From a virus: a DNA stretch of 47,968 nt. Location: IMG/VR virus record IMGVR_UViG_3300034069_001016, positions 1 through 47,968 of that record. One strand, 5' to 3'. Within the stretch, counting starts at the first letter, position 1, and every line of letters begins with the position of its first letter. A model generated the notes under the pieces. It worked only from the letters and a program-made list of their open reading frames with translations, did not search any database and was not told where the DNA came from. The position numbers and the translations under genes were made by a program. Of this stretch, positions 32,752 through 42,680 are shown piece after piece.

Positions 32752-32905
32752 CTTCCTTCACCTTCAAAGCTTGCTCGAGAGACGCCTTGTCACGTTTCAA
32801 CGTCCCTACTTCTTCGTTGAGCCCCTGATTCTGCCACCACAGGAATAACGCGGCGCCGATCGCCAGCGCAGCAGCCGCCCACGGGGCGAAGCGCAGCCAC
32901 ATCAT
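32672..32905 (-). CDS. i-spanin
   Basis: ATGA overlap with the endolysin stop. N-terminal TM segment WAAAALAIGAALFLWW, then a coiled-coil region. Confidence 0.65.
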   Translation of the reverse strand: MMWLRFAPWAAAALAIGAALFLWWQNQGLNEEVGTLKRDKASLEQALKVKEDARKNRATTDGAVRRMAPVDKLERLR

Positions 32906-33339
32906 GCGATTCGAGCCTCGAAAGCAGTGCCTTTGAACTGCTCGCGCTCTCCGTTGCGCCGCGTCGTGACTTCCGGCGGGATGTGCCACTTGTCGAACTC
33001 GGCCGCCGCGCCGTTCATGTCGCCTTCGTTGATCTTGCGCATCAGCGTCGCCTTGGGCGCCCAGCCGGTGCCGACGTTAAACAGCCACGACACCAAGGCG
33101 TCGAAAGCGTGCTGCGGAATGCAGACCCGCAGGCTGTCGTTGATGGCCTTTTCGAAGCGCGCGATATCCTTGGCGAAGGTACGCTCCACCTGCTCGTCCG
33201 ACCACACCAGGCCGAGGTGGACCTCCGGGCCGGTGTGGCCGACGCCGATCGTCGGGATGCCCTTGCTGTCAAGATATGCCCTATTCCGCTTCGCTTCTCG
33301 ATCGATCAGAAGCTGCAGCCCCTGGTGGCTGGTTTTCAC
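32902..33339 (-). CDS. GH24 (T4/lambda-type) lysozyme endolysin
   Basis: LLIDREAKRNRAYLDSKGIPTIGVGHTG is the Phage_lysozyme signature. AAGAGG precedes GTG 33339. Confidence 0.85.
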   Translation of the reverse strand: MKTSHQGLQLLIDREAKRNRAYLDSKGIPTIGVGHTGPEVHLGLVWSDEQVERTFAKDIARFEKAINDSLRVCIPQHAFDALVSWLFNVGTGWAPKATLMRKINEGDMNGAAAEFDKWHIPPEVTTRRNGEREQFKGTAFEARIA

Positions 33340-33431
33340 TGAGGCCTCTTTTGCCGTCGCCAATAGGCGACCTCGCGCACCGCCCAGTAGGCGATGACGA
33401 GAACAAGGAAGGAGATCAGATCGTCGCTCAT
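33336..33431 (-). CDS. 31-aa single-TM peptide between holin and endolysin
   Basis: Translated by hand as MSDDLISFLVLVIAYWAVREVAYWRRQKRPQ. It has an ATGA overlap with the holin stop and a GTGA overlap with the endolysin start. Confidence 0.4.
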   Translation of the reverse strand: MSDDLISFLVLVIAYWAVREVAYWRRQKRPQ

Positions 33432-33772
33432 GACTTCCTCCCCAGGATGGCGTCACGCCACTTGGCGAACGCTCCAACCGGGTCCTGCGCCCACTGGCGC
33501 ATCGCTGCTACGGCCACGGCGAAGAATTCGGCGCCGACCATGGCCAGGATGAACGACACGCCGACGGTCGTTTTCGGACCAAGCTGCAGGTGCTCGCCGA
33601 TCGCAGGGCCGATGTAGATGCCGGCCATCATGGAGCTGAACCAGGAGATGGCGCGTTCGCGGCGGGTCTGTTCGGTGGCGTAGCGCAGGCCAAAAAACGC
33701 GCCTAGCGCCGGCGGAATGATCGGCCACAGCATGTCGGCCACTGCGCCCAGGGTGTCACGAATCCAACTCAC
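33428..33772 (-). CDS. Holin (three predicted TM segments)
   Basis: 114 aa with three hydrophobic segments and a charged C-terminus. First gene of the lysis cassette, with an ATGA overlap with the upstream gene. Confidence 0.7.
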   Translation of the reverse strand: MSWIRDTLGAVADMLWPIIPPALGAFFGLRYATEQTRRERAISWFSSMMAGIYIGPAIGEHLQLGPKTTVGVSFILAMVGAEFFAVAVAAMRQWAQDPVGAFAKWRDAILGRKS

Positions 33773-36732
33773 TGCTGTTCCCCGCTCTCACGGCCGCCGG
33801 CGCTGATCGCGAGCAGCTGATTCAGTTTCTTGTTCCACAGCGAGCGATCGACCTTCGTTGTCGGACGCTCCAGGAGGTGGGCGGCCAGCTGCGGGTCGTG
33901 CATGGCACGGGACAGCACCGTGTTGGCCTTGGCGCCCTCGTCCATCAGCCCGAGATTGTTCAACACCAGCTTGACGACACGGGTCGTGCCACCGCCACGC
34001 AGCACGCCCTGTTGCGACTTGGCGATGAGCTCGACGAGGTTCAGAGCGCCCTTCACGTCCTCGGAGGTGTTCGATCCCGTCGTGGCGCGCACGCTCTGCA
34101 GGCGCGACATGTCGGTGGCCGCCTGGCGTACCATCCTCATCGAATTCATTTCGTTCGGCGAGAAGACCTCGCTCAGCACCTTGTCGTAACGGTCGTCGAG
34201 CTTGCCCATCTTGGCCAGCGACACCGGTTTTTCGCCGCCCTCGGTGGCGGCTGGATTCTGATTGGTGACTTTGCCCTCGACCCAGTCGGCCACGGCGCGC
34301 TTCCATGCCTGTGCCGGCGCGGCCTTGCCATCCTTGCCGCCCAGGCTTGCCACAGTGCTACGCATGGCGCGCTGCGGGTCCCTAGCACTGAAAACCGCCT
34401 CGACGGCGTTTTGCGGATCCTTTCCGAGCATGAGGCCGAGGCCCGAATCGGCGATCTGGCGTTCCGTCAGTGCCGCCTGCTCCTTGGCGCGGCTGAGCTG
34501 CGCCTCCGCAGCGCTGCCTTTGAGGCGATTGGTCGAAACCCGGCTCTGCAGGTCGGCCACCTCGCGCTCAACCTGCGGGTACGACTGCAGCACGCCCTTG
34601 TTGTCGGATATCCACTTGGCGAGGCGGGTCGGATTGACCTTGTCACCGTCGAGCGTGGTCGCCGCGATGCGCGAGAAGATGTAGTCGCGCACGCCCTTCA
34701 TGCCGGCGTCCTTGTTCGGCGCGACTTCGAGGATGCGCGCCAGATCGGCGGCTGATTCCTCGGTGGAGATAAAGCGCTTCGCCGTCTGGGTCGGCTGGGT
34801 GGCCGTTCCGGTCGGATCGCGGGCGATATCCTGGCGCATCGCGCCGCCCTCGCCCTTCACGAAACGCGGCGCGTAGTTGTCGCGGTAGTTTTGGTCGGCC
34901 GCACCGATCTTCTGCGCCAATTCGACCAGCTTGGGATCGGCACCAGGCTTGGCGGCATCGACGACGACGCGCTGCGCCTCCTTTTCGACCTCGCCTTTCA
35001 GCTTGGTCAGCGCTTCGACCATTGCGCCTTGGTTCTCGGCGCGCGCCGACGCAATGGCGTCGCTCAGCGCCGGCCGCAGCCCAATGACATCCGCATAGGT
35101 GGGATTCTGGCCCGACTGCTGGCGCGTGATGGGCTGCCCCATCTCATCCACCAGGCCCGTGTCGACCGTTTTGCCCTTCGCTCGCTGAGTGGCCTCGTCG
35201 ATCTTCGCCAGGAAGTCCTTCGGCAATATTTTGTTGTCCGGCGCCAGGGTGCTGGCGAGCCCCCGCACCTCATCGGCCGCGGCCTGCAACGGCGAGACAT
35301 CGCGGCGCACGGCGTCGCCTGCATCCTTCGCCTCGTCGAATAGGCGATTCTTCGTGCCCCGTTCGGCCTCCAGCGTCTCGCGCACGGTCTTGTCGATGAC
35401 CTTGGACGCTGTGTCGGCACCTTCCCGCGCCGTCGCGATCGTATCGCGCAACTGCTGCGCTTCCTTCGCCGTCTGGGTAACGGCCGCTTCGCCCTGCGCC
35501 TGGGCGGTGGCGGCCGGACCGCGCTTGATCGCTGCGGAAACGTCGGCGAAGTCGGTTGCGGCACGCGGATCGACATCGGGCGCCAGGTTGGCCACCGTTT
35601 CGGCGAGCGACGAGCGCGTGCGCTGGTCGGCGGCGGTGAATTTGGGTGCCGCGTCGCTCTGGCGCAGCCCACGCTCGACCGACACCAGCCCGGGATCCTC
35701 GGAAATAAGCCCTGCCGTCGGCGGCGCCACGCCTGCGTCGGCGTACTCGTTGTACTTGCTGCGGATGGTCGCCGCGGCCTCGGCCGGATCGATCGCCGCG
35801 GCCTGAAACGTCCGTGCCGCCTGATCGGCGATGCGGCGCGTCGCGCCAGGCACCGTGGTATCCGGCGTGATGGCGTCGCGCACCGCGCCGACCGTCGCGC
35901 GCGGCGCCGTGGCCACGCTGACGCCGGCCGCGCCGCTGACGCCGCCAGCCAGCGAGGCCAGCATCTTCACGAACGGATTGTCTGGCGCGTAGGTGTCGGC
36001 CGCGTTGCCGCCCGCCCCAGCGCCTGCGCCGGCCGCTGCGTCGACGAGTACAGGCCGAACGGACGCATATTCGGCACGCGCCCCCGGCGCCATCTTCTTC
36101 GACGCTTCGACAGCCTCGCCGTAGGGCCGAATCAACGGATTCATGTCCTCGGCGGCCACGCCAGCGCCGCTTTGCCGAATCGCCTGACCGCGCATGCCGA
36201 CGGCAGGCACGATTGCCGATGTCGTGCCCTCGATAACGTCGCCAGCGAGCCGTTCACGGGGCGTCGGCTCAGGGCCGGGGCCGACGATCGCCGTCGCGGC
36301 CTTCTGGATGCTCTCCGACGAGCCTGGCAGGCCGTGCACCAGCGGCGCGTTGGTGCCGAGCAGCGCATTCGAGCCAGAAATGACAGCGTTGGCGCCCAAC
36401 GTGGGAATGTCGATCGGCGCGCCGGCGATATTGGCCAGGCCGCGGCCAACGGCGCGCGTCCCGAGGTTGAGCTGGCGCACGATGCGGTCGCCTAGCGTCG
36501 GCTCGACGACCTGGTCGGCTTGCGGCTGCTCGTTCCACTCGCGGCGCGCCCCGCCAGGGCCTCCGTAGTCCGGCGCGCCCGGTTTTCCGGCCGGCATGAC
36601 CTGCGGAGACGGCGCGGGCTGCGCCTTGGGCAGAATATCGCGCTCGATCGCGGCAACGATGTCCTGGTCGGACATGGATGCCGGAAAAGCGACCTGCCCG
36701 ACGCCCGGAACGTCGATGAGTTTATCGGTCAT
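33769..36732 (-). CDS. Large internal virion / ejection protein (T7 gp16 position)
   Basis: 987 aa and Ala/Gly-rich. It is the last and largest gene of the internal-protein block. No enzymatic motif recognised. Confidence 0.7.
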   Translation of the reverse strand: MTDKLIDVPGVGQVAFPASMSDQDIVAAIERDILPKAQPAPSPQVMPAGKPGAPDYGGPGGARREWNEQPQADQVVEPTLGDRIVRQLNLGTRAVGRGLANIAGAPIDIPTLGANAVISGSNALLGTNAPLVHGLPGSSESIQKAATAIVGPGPEPTPRERLAGDVIEGTTSAIVPAVGMRGQAIRQSGAGVAAEDMNPLIRPYGEAVEASKKMAPGARAEYASVRPVLVDAAAGAGAGAGGNAADTYAPDNPFVKMLASLAGGVSGAAGVSVATAPRATVGAVRDAITPDTTVPGATRRIADQAARTFQAAAIDPAEAAATIRSKYNEYADAGVAPPTAGLISEDPGLVSVERGLRQSDAAPKFTAADQRTRSSLAETVANLAPDVDPRAATDFADVSAAIKRGPAATAQAQGEAAVTQTAKEAQQLRDTIATAREGADTASKVIDKTVRETLEAERGTKNRLFDEAKDAGDAVRRDVSPLQAAADEVRGLASTLAPDNKILPKDFLAKIDEATQRAKGKTVDTGLVDEMGQPITRQQSGQNPTYADVIGLRPALSDAIASARAENQGAMVEALTKLKGEVEKEAQRVVVDAAKPGADPKLVELAQKIGAADQNYRDNYAPRFVKGEGGAMRQDIARDPTGTATQPTQTAKRFISTEESAADLARILEVAPNKDAGMKGVRDYIFSRIAATTLDGDKVNPTRLAKWISDNKGVLQSYPQVEREVADLQSRVSTNRLKGSAAEAQLSRAKEQAALTERQIADSGLGLMLGKDPQNAVEAVFSARDPQRAMRSTVASLGGKDGKAAPAQAWKRAVADWVEGKVTNQNPAATEGGEKPVSLAKMGKLDDRYDKVLSEVFSPNEMNSMRMVRQAATDMSRLQSVRATTGSNTSEDVKGALNLVELIAKSQQGVLRGGGTTRVVKLVLNNLGLMDEGAKANTVLSRAMHDPQLAAHLLERPTTKVDRSLWNKKLNQLLAISAGGRESGEQQ

Positions 36733-38117
36733 TCGATGGTCCGGGTCTGCGGGTTGTAGCGCGGGACGCGCGGCGGCGCTTCAGGGGCCGACGGCGCACC
36801 TGCCGGAGCGGGCTGGCCGAGGCGGCGCGACGTCGCGGCCTTGTCACGGCCGAGCATGCGCTCGAGCATGTCGAGGCCGGCGGTCATCTTCGAGGTATTG
36901 CCGAGCAGGAAGTCGTCACCCAGCATGCCGCGCCAGATCTGGAAATCGCGGTTGCTGACGTCGCGACCCTGCTGGCCGGCGAACACCGACGCAGCCTGGT
37001 AGGCGATGACGTTCGCCATCAGGTCGATCTGAGGCAGTGATGGATCGAAGTTCTTCGCCAGCTGGGCGTCGGCGCGGCTCGCCGCATCGCGAATTGCGCT
37101 CAGGTTGACGCCGAATGCCTGCGCAGCGGCGTCGCCCTGCTGCAGGACGTCCTGCAGGCTGCGGCGGAAGTTGCCGACGGCGCCGAGCGACGCCGGGTTG
37201 TTGGAGATGAGGCCACGTAGGTCGGTGATATTGGCAGCCAGCTTCTCCTGCGCGCCCGCAGTGTCGCGAAGCGCCTTTGCCTCGCCCTGCCCGATCGGCT
37301 CGTTGGTCGTGACGCCGAAGCGTTGAGAGCCCGGCGGAATGGTACCGCCTTGGAGATCGGTAAGACCGTCCCGCGACATGACAACCTGGCCACCCGGCGT
37401 GCGGATGTTGAACGGTTGCGCCTTGTCGCTCGACGGCGGGACGGCGAGCCCCGGCATGTTCGGCTGCAGGCTGAGGCCCAGCGGCCCCTGCGTCGGCGTG
37501 AACAGATCCTTCGACAGGACGGGGGTGCCGAGGAAGCCCGGCTTGCCGACCTCGCTCTTGGGCCGCATGACCAGCGCACCCGTCTCGTCGACGACGGGAA
37601 GCAGGGTACGGGCGTCCCGCCCCTCTTCGATTTCCCGCTGCACCTGCAAGGAGCGCTCGTTGCGCGCATTGGCGCCGGCAACCTGCATGCCGGTCTGCTG
37701 CAGGGCGTTCTGCAGCGTCTTGGCATGGCCGGTTTCGGTGCCCTGCGCGTTGCCGCCGGCGCCCATGAACGAGCTATCCCGCACGGCCACCGGGGCGCCG
37801 TTCTGGGTATAGGCCATGACGCGCAGCAGATCGCCGAGATTGCTGATGTTGCCGCCGCGGATCCACGCAGCGCGCGCCGCGGCGAACTTCGCCGGATCGA
37901 AATTCTGGTCGGCGGCGTATCCGGCCACCTCATCGCGACTGCCGAAGTCACGGCGCAGCTTCTCGTTCTCGAGGTCGGCATTTTCCCTGCGCGATTGGAG
38001 GTAGGCGAGCTCTTCCGGCGACTTACGGTTCGCGAGGATCGACATCCCTATTTTCGACACGGCGTCGGAGATCGGCGAGGCCGTTGCAGCGTAGGGGTCC
38101 AGGAAGATACGAGCCAT
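36729..38117 (-). CDS. Internal virion protein
   Basis: 462-aa ORF coupled to its neighbours. Called from position in the structural module. Confidence 0.65.
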   Translation of the reverse strand: MARIFLDPYAATASPISDAVSKIGMSILANRKSPEELAYLQSRRENADLENEKLRRDFGSRDEVAGYAADQNFDPAKFAAARAAWIRGGNISNLGDLLRVMAYTQNGAPVAVRDSSFMGAGGNAQGTETGHAKTLQNALQQTGMQVAGANARNERSLQVQREIEEGRDARTLLPVVDETGALVMRPKSEVGKPGFLGTPVLSKDLFTPTQGPLGLSLQPNMPGLAVPPSSDKAQPFNIRTPGGQVVMSRDGLTDLQGGTIPPGSQRFGVTTNEPIGQGEAKALRDTAGAQEKLAANITDLRGLISNNPASLGAVGNFRRSLQDVLQQGDAAAQAFGVNLSAIRDAASRADAQLAKNFDPSLPQIDLMANVIAYQAASVFAGQQGRDVSNRDFQIWRGMLGDDFLLGNTSKMTAGLDMLERMLGRDKAATSRRLGQPAPAGAPSAPEAPPRVPRYNPQTRTIE

Positions 38118-38786
38118 TTAGCCGATACCTCGTGCGCGCATGAGCTCGTCGATCGAAGCGAACTTCGCCGGTGCCGGTTGGAAAGCGCCATAGAGCGACA
38201 GCCCAGTTCCGGCCGCTTTCAGCAGATCGGCGAAGGGCGACGGCGGATTGGCAGCGTAAGCGTTGGCATCGGACGACGAAAATTCGGCCGGCAGCACGTT
38301 GGCCGAGCCGGTGGCGAAATCGCTGATCATCCCGGCCTTGTTGGCGACCTTGCGGTACGAGCGGCTGTTGTCGGCCGCTGCGTCGCCGTAGGCCGACAAG
38401 ATCGCCTTGCGGCGGGCGTTGTCGGTGACGACCTGGCCGAGATTTTCGGCCATGCGCTTCGTTTCGGCTGCAGCAGGATCGGCCAGGGCCAGCGGATTGG
38501 CGCCGACCGTACCTTGGTTGGCCGTGATGGCCGCATCGCGCGCCTTGTAGGCCGTGTCGCGCTGCGTTGCCTCGTTGGCTGCCGTACGGGTGCCTAGGTG
38601 ATCGACGACGAGCGGCGTGATCTCGGAGCGATACCCGGCTTGGCGGTTCTGCTCCTCTTGCATGACGCGGTTGCGGCCTTCGTTGACTGCATTAATGCGC
38701 CCTTGCGAGTTGGCTCCGCCGAGAAGGCTGCCGCCGGAACTCAACGCTGTTCCGGCGAGCATCATGGTTGCTGGATCGAGACTCAT
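38118..38786 (-). CDS. Internal virion protein
   Basis: 222-aa ORF with a TGATG overlap upstream. Ala/Asn/Gly-rich. Confidence 0.6.
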   Translation of the reverse strand: MSLDPATMMLAGTALSSGGSLLGGANSQGRINAVNEGRNRVMQEEQNRQAGYRSEITPLVVDHLGTRTAANEATQRDTAYKARDAAITANQGTVGANPLALADPAAAETKRMAENLGQVVTDNARRKAILSAYGDAAADNSRSYRKVANKAGMISDFATGSANVLPAEFSSSDANAYAANPPSPFADLLKAAGTGLSLYGAFQPAPAKFASIDELMRARGIG

Positions 38787-39415
38787 CAGCGACCGCCCAT
38801 GTAAGAAACGTCCTGCGGGCCTTGCTGACGCTGATTCTGCCGGAACAGGCCAAGGCCGGTGCCGTAGTAGCCGGCCTGTTCGGCCGCAGCGGCCGTGCTC
38901 GCCATGTTGGTGAAGCTCGAGAACAGATCGCCCAGAGGCGAAGCGGCCACCGGCGTGTCGAGAGCGGCGCGGCGCGTGGCGGCGGCCGAAGATGCGGCGC
39001 CCGGGTCGGCCGAGACGGTGGCGAGGTCGTAGAGGTCGCTGCGGGCGCCCTCGATGGCGTTGCGCCGATCGCTGACGGCCTGCGTCGCCTGATCGCCGAG
39101 CTCGTTCTGACGCCCTAGGCGGGCCGCATCCAATTCGGCCAGTTTGCCGGCGCCGTAGCTCGACGACTGATTGCCGGAGCGCGACAGGGCGAGCAGCAGG
39201 TTCTTCCGCGTGTCGGCGTACTGCTGGTCGATCTGCGGCCGGTAGGCGTTGGTGTAGTCGGTCTTGTACTTGTCGAAATAGGTGTCGTCGAAACCCGACA
39301 ACGCCTGGTCGACCTGATCACGCCCTGCGCGGATCCGGCCCTGTCGTTGTTCCTCGGCCTGGCGAGCCTGAATTCCCGCCCAATCGGTCCCGCCGCCACC
39401 TCCACCCAAACTCAT
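38786..39415 (-). CDS. Internal virion protein
   Basis: 209-aa ORF beginning MSLGGGGGGTDW. Called from position. Confidence 0.6.
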   Translation of the reverse strand: MSLGGGGGGTDWAGIQARQAEEQRQGRIRAGRDQVDQALSGFDDTYFDKYKTDYTNAYRPQIDQQYADTRKNLLLALSRSGNQSSSYGAGKLAELDAARLGRQNELGDQATQAVSDRRNAIEGARSDLYDLATVSADPGAASSAAATRRAALDTPVAASPLGDLFSSFTNMASTAAAAEQAGYYGTGLGLFRQNQRQQGPQDVSYMGGR

Positions 39416-39881
39416 CTTCGCGAACCCAGCGCCAGAGAATCACGTCTTCTCCTTGGCGCCCAAATCCCGGTAGATATTCCACCGGCTTTGCTCCCAACCG
39501 ACGCAGCCATCGGTGCGACGTCGTCGTGTCGGTGAGCGAGAGCGATTCCGCTCGCGAGGCGGGGCTATCAGCGACTGCGGGAATTATGGTCGCTGTCACG
39601 AATTTTGACAAATGAGGACTGATCGCCGGAAACCCGTCAGCGAACAGCAGAAACGCGAAATAGACGTCGCCCAGGAGCGATCCGGCGAACGTCGCCTGCG
39701 CCTCGCCGTCGCGGCAGTAGGCGAACCGGTGGCCATGCCCCATCAGCGCGGTGACGGCTGGCTCGACGAAGTCAGGCCCCCATGTGGCAATTGCCTCTCG
39801 GCGGCTCGTCGGGCTCAGGTTCTCCAGGACTTGGCGCGCTGCCCCCTCGTCGAGCGGGACGATCTCATCCGCGGCTGTCAT
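39318..39881 (-). CDS. Virion-module protein with a weak GNAT-acetyltransferase-like C-terminal pattern
   Basis: SHRWLRRLGAKPVEYLPGFGRQGEDVILWRW resembles a GNAT C-terminus. The last ~30 codons overlap the next gene by 98 nt. Confidence 0.45.
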   Translation of the reverse strand: MTAADEIVPLDEGAARQVLENLSPTSRREAIATWGPDFVEPAVTALMGHGHRFAYCRDGEAQATFAGSLLGDVYFAFLLFADGFPAISPHLSKFVTATIIPAVADSPASRAESLSLTDTTTSHRWLRRLGAKPVEYLPGFGRQGEDVILWRWVREDEFGWRWRRDRLGGNSGSPGRGTTTGPDPRRA

Positions 39882-41628
39882 AGGCCCGGTCGAACACCGG
39901 CATGAACTGCATCAGCTTGGCCAGGCCGCCGATTCGGCACACGAACCGGAAGGCGAACACCGGCCCGTCGATCTCGATCGGGACTCGCTGATTCTGGTAG
40001 GTCGTGCCGAGAAGCGTCGCGAAGGGCACCAGCACATCGGTCTTGTTCGGGTCCGGCAGGATGTAGGAATCCCACTGTCCCACGGCGGCCATGTCGATGG
40101 CCTTGAGCTTCTTCCATGATCCCGGCGACTGCATCGCGTAGAACGGCATGTCGACTGTCACGACGCTCTCGTCGTCGTCCGGATACGTATTACCGTCCAT
40201 GCCGCCGTAGACGTAAATCGTGTCGCCCGATCGAGCAAAGAGGCGGTCGAAGGAGCGCACCATATCGGTGAACTGCACGCCTACGTTCATATACGACCAC
40301 GCCTCGACGCCGGCGCGCGGGAATTTGCTGAAGACGAATACGCGATCGCCCAAAGCCATGAAATATCGTTCCGTCCGCGGCTCGATATCGGCGCAGGCGG
40401 CGGCGCGCTGTTCGGCGGTCAAGGTGGCGCCATAGTCCTGGATGAACTCATCCATGGCACTGCCAATATCATCGGCGTACCCCACGGACGTGGCCTCACG
40501 GGCTTTGAGCGACCGCACACCGGACTGCGCATAGTAGAATAGGTCGCGTGACCCGAAGCCCTTCACGGCCTTGGGCGCTGTCGTTCCCGTGTTGCGCAGA
40601 ATCTGCTGGATGGCGTTGCTGGAATTGTCGTTGCTGACCTGCCAGAGCTGAATCGACTCCTTGCCAAAGATGGCCAGCAGGTTCTCGTAAATCTCCAGGC
40701 CGGTCACTGGGACCGTGCTGCTGTCCTGCGAGCCAGGGTCGATGAAACCGGCGCCTGGCGCCACAGCGCTGTCGATTTGCCAGATTTCGGGATGATCGAC
40801 ACCCGAGAAGTCGACCAGCTCGTCGCCGCCGACATAGACCTTGGCCGAGAATGTCTTGGCGATGCGGCCAGGGGTCCGCGGCGTGCCGCCGTAACCGAAT
40901 ACCTCGAGCGTGTCGGCGGCGCCGAGCCGGATCGAGAACTTGTCGCCGACCTCGAATGTGCCTCCGACGGTAATTTCGACGATCTTGGGGAGCGTCGAGC
41001 TGGCTGCCTGCGTGACGGCAGTCGTCAGCGATTGATCGTCGTTGCCGCCCGGCACGTTCTCTGTCGAGGTGGCCACGGCGAAGTCGTCGTTCGCGTTGGC
41101 GCCAGTGATGCGGATGATCGCGCCGACCTGCGTCGCCGTGTAGCGCCGGCTGGTGGCGTTGATCAGCGTGACGAAATGCGCCGCGATGCCAGCGTTGTTC
41201 ACCATGTAGGAGGTGACGCGGCCGGCATCCCAATCGCGCACTAGCGCACCGTCGTAATAATGGTGGATCGAGCCATCGGCGAACTGCGCGATGGCGTAGA
41301 GCTTGCCCTTGCTGCGGTCGACCGACAGAATTTTAGTCATCGCCGTTACGCCGTCGGGGTGCTGCAGGCGCTGGTACGATACGCCGGCCGGCACGCCCGG
41401 CGAGGCCACGCTGCCGAAGACGTAAGGCGTGTCGCTCAGCGTCGCGAGGCCGAAAGTCTGGTCAGGTGGCAGGCTGAACTGCGGCACCCACTTCTTGGTG
41501 CGCTCGATCTCCCCGCCCCGATTGATAACGGCGTTTTCCAGCGTCCACAGCGTGCCCGGAACGCCCGTCGCCCGCTCCTTGCGGCGGTCCATGCCAAAGC
41601 GGAAATCTTCGACGACCTGGTAGGGCAC
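39865..41628 (-). CDS. Nozzle / tail tubular protein B-like
   Basis: 587 aa in the position after the adaptor-like gene, in T7-like order. No search was run. Confidence 0.6.
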   Translation of the reverse strand: MPYQVVEDFRFGMDRRKERATGVPGTLWTLENAVINRGGEIERTKKWVPQFSLPPDQTFGLATLSDTPYVFGSVASPGVPAGVSYQRLQHPDGVTAMTKILSVDRSKGKLYAIAQFADGSIHHYYDGALVRDWDAGRVTSYMVNNAGIAAHFVTLINATSRRYTATQVGAIIRITGANANDDFAVATSTENVPGGNDDQSLTTAVTQAASSTLPKIVEITVGGTFEVGDKFSIRLGAADTLEVFGYGGTPRTPGRIAKTFSAKVYVGGDELVDFSGVDHPEIWQIDSAVAPGAGFIDPGSQDSSTVPVTGLEIYENLLAIFGKESIQLWQVSNDNSSNAIQQILRNTGTTAPKAVKGFGSRDLFYYAQSGVRSLKAREATSVGYADDIGSAMDEFIQDYGATLTAEQRAAACADIEPRTERYFMALGDRVFVFSKFPRAGVEAWSYMNVGVQFTDMVRSFDRLFARSGDTIYVYGGMDGNTYPDDDESVVTVDMPFYAMQSPGSWKKLKAIDMAAVGQWDSYILPDPNKTDVLVPFATLLGTTYQNQRVPIEIDGPVFAFRFVCRIGGLAKLMQFMPVFDRAYDSRG

Positions 41629-41632
41629 GTCC

Positions 41633-42337
41633 CTACCCCGCTACGACGACCGTCGCGCCGCGACGACTGCCGGCGGCGCCGGCCGACATGTGCCCCGGAA
41701 CGGTACCGATCGCGCCGCCCTCATAGTTGGGAATGAGTGCGTTTCGCAGGTACTCGGCCTGCTCTTTGACGCGGCGCGCGGCGGGCGATTCCTCGGCCAT
41801 CAGCTTCTGCACGGCCACCTCATACACGATCAGATCGTCGTCGAGGTCGCAGACGTCGGCGTCGGCATTGAATTGGCGGAGATTGGTGACCGATCGGATG
41901 CCAACCGGAACGCCGTTGACGCCGGGCACCGGCCACACCTCGATCTGTGTGGCCGCCGGCGCGACGCGCACCAGATCCCACTTGCGCACCGGATCGGCGC
42001 GCTCGTCGAGGTCGGGATTGAACACGGCATAGTCGCTGAAGCCGATTCCGCGCCCGACCGGCTCGGGCCGGCCGCTCCAGTAGACCTGCACTTCGGCGAT
42101 GCGGCCGAAGTTGATGCCCTCCGGCACGTCGTAATAGCGCTGGCCGGCCGACAGCGTGAAAGTCTTGTGGCAGCGCAAGTGTGGCCACTCGTAGCGCTGC
42201 CAGAGTATGTTCTGCTGGGAACGCAGCAGGTAGCGCAAGGCCGGCACCTGATCCATGCCGACAGCGGCCGTGATCGTCGTCCCGAGCAGCGCGCGCAGGC
42301 TCTCGATCATCACCCACATCTGCGTTCCGACAGGCAT
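41633..42337 (-). CDS. Head-tail adaptor / tail tubular protein A-like
   Basis: 234 aa. Called from position between the capsid block and the nozzle-like gene. Confidence 0.55.
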   Translation of the reverse strand: MPVGTQMWVMIESLRALLGTTITAAVGMDQVPALRYLLRSQQNILWQRYEWPHLRCHKTFTLSAGQRYYDVPEGINFGRIAEVQVYWSGRPEPVGRGIGFSDYAVFNPDLDERADPVRKWDLVRVAPAATQIEVWPVPGVNGVPVGIRSVTNLRQFNADADVCDLDDDLIVYEVAVQKLMAEESPAARRVKEQAEYLRNALIPNYEGGAIGTVPGHMSAGAAGSRRGATVVVAG

Positions 42338-42355
42338 CTGTCAGCCCTCGTTCAT

Positions 42356-42667
42356 CTAGGCCGCCAAGTCGTCGAGATCGGCGACCTGCCCCATCTTCGG
42401 CAGCTTGGCCGGGAGCTTCTGCCAATCCTCGCCGAACAGCTGGCGCACGACCTTCGGGCCGTAGATGCTGACCAGGCGCTGGCGCTCGTCGCTGTGCGAC
42501 ACCTTGACGTCGTCGCACTTCTCGCCGACGACCACGGCGTCGTCGCCGTGAAGCTTCTTCAGCACCAGGATCTCGGGAACGGACAGCCGGTCCTTCGGCA
42601 CGTCGCCCGTGAAGACCCCGGATTCCGAACCGGAGCGCAGGCGAACCATGCCCTTGAAATATTCCAT
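42356..42667 (-). CDS. Hypothetical structural-module protein (103 aa)
   Basis: GGAGG lies 8 nt upstream of ATG 42667. The longer tracked ORF upstream looks like read-through noise. Confidence 0.6.
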   Translation of the reverse strand: MEYFKGMVRLRSGSESGVFTGDVPKDRLSVPEILVLKKLHGDDAVVVGEKCDDVKVSHSDERQRLVSIYGPKVVRQLFGEDWQKLPAKLPKMGQVADLDDLAA

Positions 42668-42680
42668 GCGCGACACCTCC

